From Syntrophomonadaceae bacterium (GTDB lineage: Bacteria; Bacillota; Dethiobacteria; DTU022), in assembly GCA_007121075.1 (NCBI GenBank), contig SKMK01000042.1, positions 2,098-66,097 of the forward strand: a stretch of DNA of 64,000 nucleotides, given 5' to 3'. Under the pieces are notes generated by a model that saw only the letters and a list, made by a program, of their open reading frames with translations, had not been told where the DNA came from and searched no databases. Below are positions 59,510 through 64,000 of this stretch, one piece after another (the first letter of the stretch is position 1; every line of letters begins with the position of its first letter). A program made the position numbers and the translations under genes.

Positions 59510-59540
59510 GAGGCCCGGGTTATAACCCGGGCCTCTTTAG
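59510..59540 (+). terminator. Terminator after tRNA-Thr copy 2
   Basis: A perfect 10-bp stem gaggcccggg/cccgggcctc with loop ttataa, followed by TTT. Confidence 0.6.
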
Positions 59541-59914
59541 GCAATTAGTTTTTATAACAGTTGACATGCAGTATGATGTCATTTCATTTTATATTAGAAA
59601 TATAACCTGTTACCCTGCCGATACCCGGGGGCGCGGCCTGAGCGCGGCTAGCAATGATCATCCCCCCGAAGGGCTCGTACAGGCTATCACAGCGTTTATT
59701 AAAAGTATAGGTAGCAGGCCTGCTTGAATGGGGAAGCACGTTTGGGCCTTTTGTTCCGCCGGGGATACAAATCAAGTTGCTGCTTCTGAACCGGTTCAGG
59801 AAAATACTAAATGCCATGCCTGATCATCATAAATGCGAACAATTTAAATTGACTCAAATTATTTTAACTTTCATGTCGATAACCGCGCACTTTAGCTTTC
59901 AGCCTTTCTAAGAT

Positions 59915-60730
59915 TTACCGCGAGCCCGGGATCTTTTTGATAAATTTGACAAGATCTGAGGTAAAACGTTCAGGTTCTTCCCAGTGGGGTGCGTGCCCAA
60001 ACCCTTCATAGATCAAAAGTTTTGCATTGGGAATGGTTTTTAGCTGTAGATCCTGCGCGCTGCGCGTGGAAACTGGATCCTGATCTCCCCACATAATAAG
60101 AGTAGGAGCCTTGATCTTGCTTTGTTCAGCGGACATGTCTTCCTCCAGGTCACGCAGTAGCACTGCTTGCCAAACCCGGGCCGGAACTTTCAAAGCTTCT
60201 TGCACAATAGTTTCAAGGAACTGCTGAGGGATCTTACCGCCTACGACTTCCTTCTGTAGCTCTTCCATCTGATCCCGATCAAGGGGATCTTCCATTTTCG
60301 ATATTACTGTGTCGTAAAACTCCTGATCGCCCGGATCATTTGATGCGTCTGTAAATGAACCTATGAGGACCAATCCCAGAGTTCGTTCCGGGTAATCCAG
60401 GGCAAAGCGTTTGGCATTGGAACTCCCCATGGAGTGGCCTACCAGTACAGCCTTCTTTATATTCAGGGCATCCATGAAGGCAGCCAGGTCGGATGCGAAA
60501 TCGTTGTATAAATATCCTTTCTCAGGCTTGCTGGAGTCTCCATGTCCCCTTTGGGACAGGGCAATAACTAGAATATCTTCGGGCAGGAACTGTAAAACTG
60601 GTTCAAAGGATCGCCAGGAGTCGCCCATGCCGTGAAGAAGAATCACAGGAATTCCTTCAGTAGAACCCTGTTCAGCATAATTGAGGGTGACCCCTGTAGG
60701 CAGTTCTACTGACTTGACACTCCTTGACAT
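59915..60730 (-). CDS. Alpha/beta-hydrolase fold protein
   Basis: The nucleophile elbow GHSMG and an HG oxyanion motif (ILLHGMGD). The ATG at 60730 gives MSRSVKSV... Confidence 0.7.
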   Translation of the reverse strand: MSRSVKSVELPTGVTLNYAEQGSTEGIPVILLHGMGDSWRSFEPVLQFLPEDILVIALSQRGHGDSSKPEKGYLYNDFASDLAAFMDALNIKKAVLVGHSMGSSNAKRFALDYPERTLGLVLIGSFTDASNDPGDQEFYDTVISKMEDPLDRDQMEELQKEVVGGKIPQQFLETIVQEALKVPARVWQAVLLRDLEEDMSAEQSKIKAPTLIMWGDQDPVSTRSAQDLQLKTIPNAKLLIYEGFGHAPHWEEPERFTSDLVKFIKKIPGSR

Positions 60731-61482
60731 TCTTCTCTCTCCTCTCATATAGTATTTTTCAATTCAAAAAAAGGAATCAGCATATTCTAACCTTCAATCT
60801 ATTGAGTAAAATCTCTTTCAAATGAAACAGAGGGATTACCTGTAATCTCTTCCACATTCGATGTTATCTGATCGCCAGGTCTTTTGATGACAACAGGTGA
60901 TCTCTCCTTCTAATAACTGATCTTAATCATTGAACTGTTCGGCGGCACCGGCACTATCGCCGGATTTGATCCACATATTGTCCGAGTATATTACTTATTG
61001 TAATTTTAGATTAAAAAATACCCATCTTTATATAAGCAAAACCCCCATTCTGAAATGATTTCATCATCATTTTTTGATGGGGGTGATAAAAATTATAAAA
61101 TCCATCTGTCACATGCCCAACCGGGTTTGAATACAAAGGTTGGTTTGCCTGTTCCCTGATCGTCTTAGGCCAGTTTAATCGCCTTTTTGGGCAAACGTCG
61201 CCATTAAAAAATTTCCTGGAGATATTGAAATCACCAGGTAACAAAGCAAAGCTTACACTTCAGTGTCATCATGCATGACCTGCCATATCATCACGAACTT
61301 ATCTGTAAGAGAACCGTAGTATTTGCTGAAAAAGGTTTCCTGGAGTTCCATGTTGACTGTGCTGCCTATTTTAGCCTGTCAAAAAAGTTTTTATCTCATC
61401 GGTATTCTTTAGCATAACAACAAGGCTGATGTTGTTTCCCTGAACGAGTGGTTCGCCGGGCAGAAGATCGGAAAACATAACA

Positions 61483-61777
61483 ATGGTGCCGAAAATGTCC
61501 AGGAAAGTGTGCATATTCGCGAAGTTTGCCGGCAAAGACAAAGACAAAGACAAAGAGATTGTTGCTTTACAAGCTGCCGTCATCTTCGAGACAATGGGGC
61601 TCAACGTCCCCGCCGATTTGATGGGAATCCAGCTGTTGAATGAGTACCCCCTGGCCCAAGCGCCACGGATTCCTCGATGCTGGCTAAGATCTCAGCACCT
61701 GTGCTGCTGTTGCAGGGAGGGCGCTCATATTGCCACCTCTGCTTCATGAGACATCTTCCAGCCAGGCTGCCATAACG
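61483..61777 (+). pseudogene. Frameshifted C-terminal fragment of an alpha/beta hydrolase (degenerate)
   Basis: Two adjacent frames read ...LQAAVIFETMGLNVPADLMGIQLLNEYPLAQAP and then DSSMLAKISAPVLLLQGGRS..., the conserved C-terminal region of alpha/beta hydrolases. They are separated by an apparent 1-nt frameshift near 61660. A (CAAAGA)x4 microsatellite lies at 61528-61551. Confidence 0.3.
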
Positions 61778-62895
61778 TCCAGCGCCAGCCCAATGTTACC
61801 CACCTGGCAGTGGTTTTGGGCGTGTTCCTCCCGGGTGAAGATACGGTCCTTGACCGAACGGGCGTTAGTCAGGGTTTCAATTTGCAAACGGTGGAGCTTA
61901 AGGTGTATGTTGAACTGACCGAAGTGATCCTCCGCGCCCGTGAGCAGCAGCACGTCTTGTGTCACCCGGTCCGAATGGAGGTTTTCAGCGTTCATATCCA
62001 GGATTACCCGGGTCGCTGCTGCCGGTGATTCTTCGCCGCTAATGTGCAGCAGGTTATTGAGGGCCCAGCGTTCCTGCTGGTTGAAACGGGCCTGGAGCCA
62101 GCTAATGCGGTCAAAGAACCCCGGAAATCTAAACAGGAATTTGACCATTGCCACCAGCGGGCCGGGTACTGCAGCCAGGAAATCGTAGCCCACGCCAATG
62201 ATAATGACCCGAGCGATGCGGGACTCAAAGGCGGCAGCCCGGACACAGAGCCAGGCCCCCATAGAGATGCCCAGGATGGTCACATCCTCACAACCGTAGT
62301 GATCAAGCACAGCAGCTGTGGGTTTCTCCCATTCATTGTTCCAGTAAAGCTGGTGATATTTTAGTGCGCCGCCCTGCCCCGGTCCCTCAAACATGATAAC
62401 ATCATACCCCCGCTCGGCGAAGTACCAGGCCATGGAGTAGAATTCCTCCATGAAAGAGTCGAATCCGCCGTGGATGAGGATGGTGCCGCGTCTTTCTTCC
62501 TGTTGAGCAGGTAGGCGCAGGGTCGGCAGTGCGCCGCCATCGTAAGGAATGTTCACCCGTTCGATTTTGATGGGATCAGCGGAAGTTACCTTGCTGTAAA
62601 AGAGGTTGATGAAGCGGTCATAGAGGCCAAGTTTCTCTGTATCGTGGGGCGGGACAAAGAACTCCGCCCCGCGTAAGTAAAAAGTACCATTCACGTAGCG
62701 CTCTTCGGCCAGGGCCCGCTCCCCCTCCCGCACCATTTCATTCTTGAAATCATCCATCCCCCGCATGCGTGCCGCCGCTGCTTTTAGGTCTTTAAGACGG
62801 CAGTAACCAAGTGAGTGCCAGCGGTTAAGCTGGTAATTGACAATCTTTATTTGGTGGATGTCATGGTAGCCAACGGGAAATGAAAAACGGCCCAT
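61744..62895 (-). CDS. Alpha/beta-hydrolase fold protein (large, with cap domain)
   Basis: The nucleophile elbow GISMG and an HGG motif (ILIHGGFDS). The probable start is MGRFSFPV at 62895. Confidence 0.65.
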   Translation of the reverse strand: MGRFSFPVGYHDIHQIKIVNYQLNRWHSLGYCRLKDLKAAAARMRGMDDFKNEMVREGERALAEERYVNGTFYLRGAEFFVPPHDTEKLGLYDRFINLFYSKVTSADPIKIERVNIPYDGGALPTLRLPAQQEERRGTILIHGGFDSFMEEFYSMAWYFAERGYDVIMFEGPGQGGALKYHQLYWNNEWEKPTAAVLDHYGCEDVTILGISMGAWLCVRAAAFESRIARVIIIGVGYDFLAAVPGPLVAMVKFLFRFPGFFDRISWLQARFNQQERWALNNLLHISGEESPAAATRVILDMNAENLHSDRVTQDVLLLTGAEDHFGQFNIHLKLHRLQIETLTNARSVKDRIFTREEHAQNHCQVGNIGLALDVMAAWLEDVS

Positions 62896-63003
62896 CAGTC
62901 TTCCTCCTTGCATGACAACTGGTGTTCCTTGTTAGCATTAGGTAATATTTCCCGATTACCCTGGTATGGAGGACGCTCACAACTGGTCCAATATCATTTA
63001 AAC

Positions 63004-63795
63004 TCATATCCGGGCAAATTTCATTACTTCATCTGTAAATAAATCCGGAGCGGTTTGGGCTGCATCGTGTTCCTGGCCTTCAAGTATTGCAATTTTACTG
63101 TTAGGCAAAGCATTGTCAAGCTTTTTTGTTGCTTCTTTAAATAATGGTAAGCTTTCGCCACCGGATAATAAAAGGGTTGGAATAGTCAGTCCACTGAATC
63201 GTTTAGCATCAAATACATATTCTGCATCCGCCTGCAGCTCACGGGGTAATGTGGGAGCCGCATTCACCATCACAGTCCAGTATGGTGTTGCCCGATATTT
63301 GTCAACTTCATCAGGCGGCATGCCGAGTAATGTTTCCAGATGCACTAAGAGGGCTTTTTCGTTATCCCCCTGATCTAAGGCGGATTCAATTTCGGAGAAA
63401 GTTTTTAGCAGGAATTCATCCGGCTTTTCGCTTTCATCCATTATTGGTGGTTCATATAGGATTAATTTGTGCAAATTATTAGTTCTAAGCGCTGCCTCCA
63501 AGGCAACTATACCACCGTGGGAATGGCCAAGCAGGATCACCGGCTCGTCAATCATATCGACAACTGCGGCAACATCATTGAACTCCAGTTCTATCTTGTA
63601 TTCGGTGGTATCACCGCTCTGGCCACGTCCGCGACGATCGATTGCATAAACTGTCAAGTATTTAGCCATTGCAGGTTGAACCATCTCCCAGCATGTATGG
63701 TCATCAGGGGGCCCATGAACAAGAACAACGGGGGGACCGTTCCCCGTTTTTTCGTAAGCTATTAAAGTTCCATCTGGTGACTTAACTGTATTCAT
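63004..63795 (-). CDS. Alpha/beta-hydrolase fold protein
   Basis: VVLVHGPPDD (HG) and GHSHGG (nucleophile). 263 aa. Confidence 0.75.
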   Translation of the reverse strand: MNTVKSPDGTLIAYEKTGNGPPVVLVHGPPDDHTCWEMVQPAMAKYLTVYAIDRRGRGQSGDTTEYKIELEFNDVAAVVDMIDEPVILLGHSHGGIVALEAALRTNNLHKLILYEPPIMDESEKPDEFLLKTFSEIESALDQGDNEKALLVHLETLLGMPPDEVDKYRATPYWTVMVNAAPTLPRELQADAEYVFDAKRFSGLTIPTLLLSGGESLPLFKEATKKLDNALPNSKIAILEGQEHDAAQTAPDLFTDEVMKFARI

Positions 63796-64000
63796 ATTAT
63801 ATAACCCTCCCAGTCGAGTTGCTTAATTTGTATTAATAATATCACATTTCAATGTTTTGTGAAAATTGCAGCATAAAATAATGCATACAAGTTTTATGTT
63901 AAATGGTGAACTCAGGTGTTTAGCATTTGTATATCTTTTCTATTGAAACTAAGTGCAACACAAGAAAGATAAGTTATTGGCTCGGCTTAATAGTCTCGAT

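Noticed and set aside
59336-59548. 70-aa ORF on + strand
   Set aside because: It entirely overlaps the tRNA-Thr copy 2 and its promoter and terminator. It is a translation artefact of the tRNA gene.
60750-61480. Small ORFs (61011-61244 -, 61371-61604 -)
   Set aside because: They are short, lack RBS and sit in a degenerate region. One carries an SL(SL)n run that simply reflects the CAAAGA microsatellite on the opposite strand.
1-64000. CRISPR arrays, rRNA genes, transposases, integrases, phage genes
   Set aside because: I scanned for regularly spaced direct repeats and for recombinase or transposase-like ORFs and found none. The tRNA-bounded segment in particular lacks any integrase.

Overview
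The window is a 64-kb origin-proximal chromosome segment from a low-GC Gram-positive bacterium (Firmicutes, Clostridia/Bacilli-like, GC roughly 45-48% by eye). It begins inside jag and runs through the classical Bacillus-type oriC-flanking order: jag-mnmE-rsmG-noc-parA-parB(+parS), an M23 peptidase and a bactofilin, adk, DUF951-ychF, rpsF-ssb-rpsR, rplI-dnaB, walR-walK-yycH-yycI, murA, htrA, rho, rpmE-DUF1385-prfA-prmC, and tsaC-ywlE-rpiB. Almost every gene in the first 58 kb is on the + strand, which is the expected leading-strand bias near an origin. The accessory or unusual content is as follows.

(1) mnmG is missing from its canonical slot between mnmE and rsmG.

(2) A complete V/A-type ATPase operon (G/H-I-K-E-C-F-A-B-D) occupies the position where Bacillus carries the F1Fo atp operon, between rpiB/dCMP deaminase and a second murA.

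(3) A gap plus cupin-type phosphoglucose isomerase pair is followed by a DUF39(COG1900) / NIL-ferredoxin / COG2122 trio that matches the MA1821/MA1822-type sulfide-dependent homocysteine biosynthesis system.

(4) Two identical tRNA-Thr(CGU) genes at 51.6 kb and 59.4 kb, each with its own near-identical sigma-A-like promoter, bracket a 7.7-kb AT-rich segment with no recognisable mobility genes. The segment carries an ArsB/NhaD-superfamily permease, two tandem CBS-pair proteins behind a long leader, an acidic lipoprotein, an alanine-racemase-fold PLP enzyme, a UPF0173 MBL hydrolase and a DDAH/amidinotransferase-like enzyme.

(5) A truncated M23 peptidase remnant lies just upstream of walRK.

(6) A minus-strand cluster of three alpha/beta-hydrolase paralogs plus a frameshifted fragment closes the window.

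No CRISPR array, rRNA, transposase or integrase was seen. All identifications are by eye from the ORF translations (motifs and gene order). No database search was run.
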